DNA of 63,755 nt, filler included, from Octopus bimaculoides (taxonomy: Eukaryota): the NCBI RefSeq assembly GCF_001194135.2. It is 5 parts of 4 records of this genome, joined end to end, with 100 filler letters (N's around TTAATTAATTAA, not from the genome) between each part and the next. Parts side by side here need not be neighbours in the genome. Positions count along the whole stretch, not along the records: positions 62,530 to 63,755 come from NW_026356919.1; 4 more parts are not named here. One strand, 5' to 3'. The notes under the pieces were generated by a model. The model made no database searches. It had not been told where the DNA came from and saw only the letters and a list, made by a program, of their open reading frames with translations. Both the position numbers and the translations under genes were made by a program. This document shows positions 63,432-63,755 of the stretch, in pieces (position 1 is the stretch's first letter; every line of letters begins with the position of its first letter).

Positions 63432-63755
63432 CCCTCACCTCTGGACATGAATATTGGTTAACGACCGAAAGAGTATGATCATCAATAACAGAGGCCAAAA
63501 TGAGTTTCCTCCGAAGAATCTCTGGAGTAACATTACTTGACAGTGTGCGTGCTTTGGAGATGACGGCGTCTCTCCAAACCGGCAGAAAATTTAAGGGTAG
63601 ACCAAGAACAAGATGGCGAGATAATATCCATAGTTTCAGTCGGTCAGGTTCGAGAATGCAGCCAGAAAATGTATTGACAATTGCTTCTGATAGGACCCTA
63701 TGCAGAAGGAACTTCAGGCCTCTATCTTCGTGACCCTCACAAGAATAATGAATGT
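63432..63755 (+). mobile_element. RTE LINE (second family) C-terminal fragment with internal deletion
   Basis: LTSGHEYWLTTERV*SSITEAKMSFLRRISGVTLLDSVR / TGRKFKGRPRTRWRDNIH...VLTIASDRTLCRR. Confidence 0.8.

Overview
AT-rich, microsatellite- and transposon-dense eukaryotic DNA. The repeat families point to an octopus (coleoid cephalopod) genome; this is inferred from memory of those families, not from a search. Four artificial 100-bp linkers (N44-TTAATTAATTAA-N44) split the window into five blocks that need not be truly adjacent. The only confidently identified gene is a 12-exon, 1997-nt internal fragment (665 codons + 2 nt) of axonemal dynein heavy chain DNAH2 on the + strand (24319-36249). 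It covers AAA5, the strut, AAA6 and the start of the C-terminal region; all introns are GT-AG and phases are consistent. The rest is mostly tRNA-derived SINEs of at least three families, RTE LINE 3' ends, two R4/Dong-type RLE retrotransposon fragments, and mariner-, piggyBac- and hAT-type MITEs. I found no clearly new biological system. The best leads are: (1) two Ser (AGY) codons in DNAH2 where orthologues, as I recall, have Gly, i.e. candidate restorative A-to-I recoding sites; (2) a 1.08-kb unit with 130-bp inverted repeats around an 80-codon open frame; (3) a CpG-rich 20-bp array of 22 units with many substitutions but no indels; (4) a Dong-like fragment embedded in (TAA)n. Repeat boundaries are read by eye and are approximate; exon boundaries are exact.
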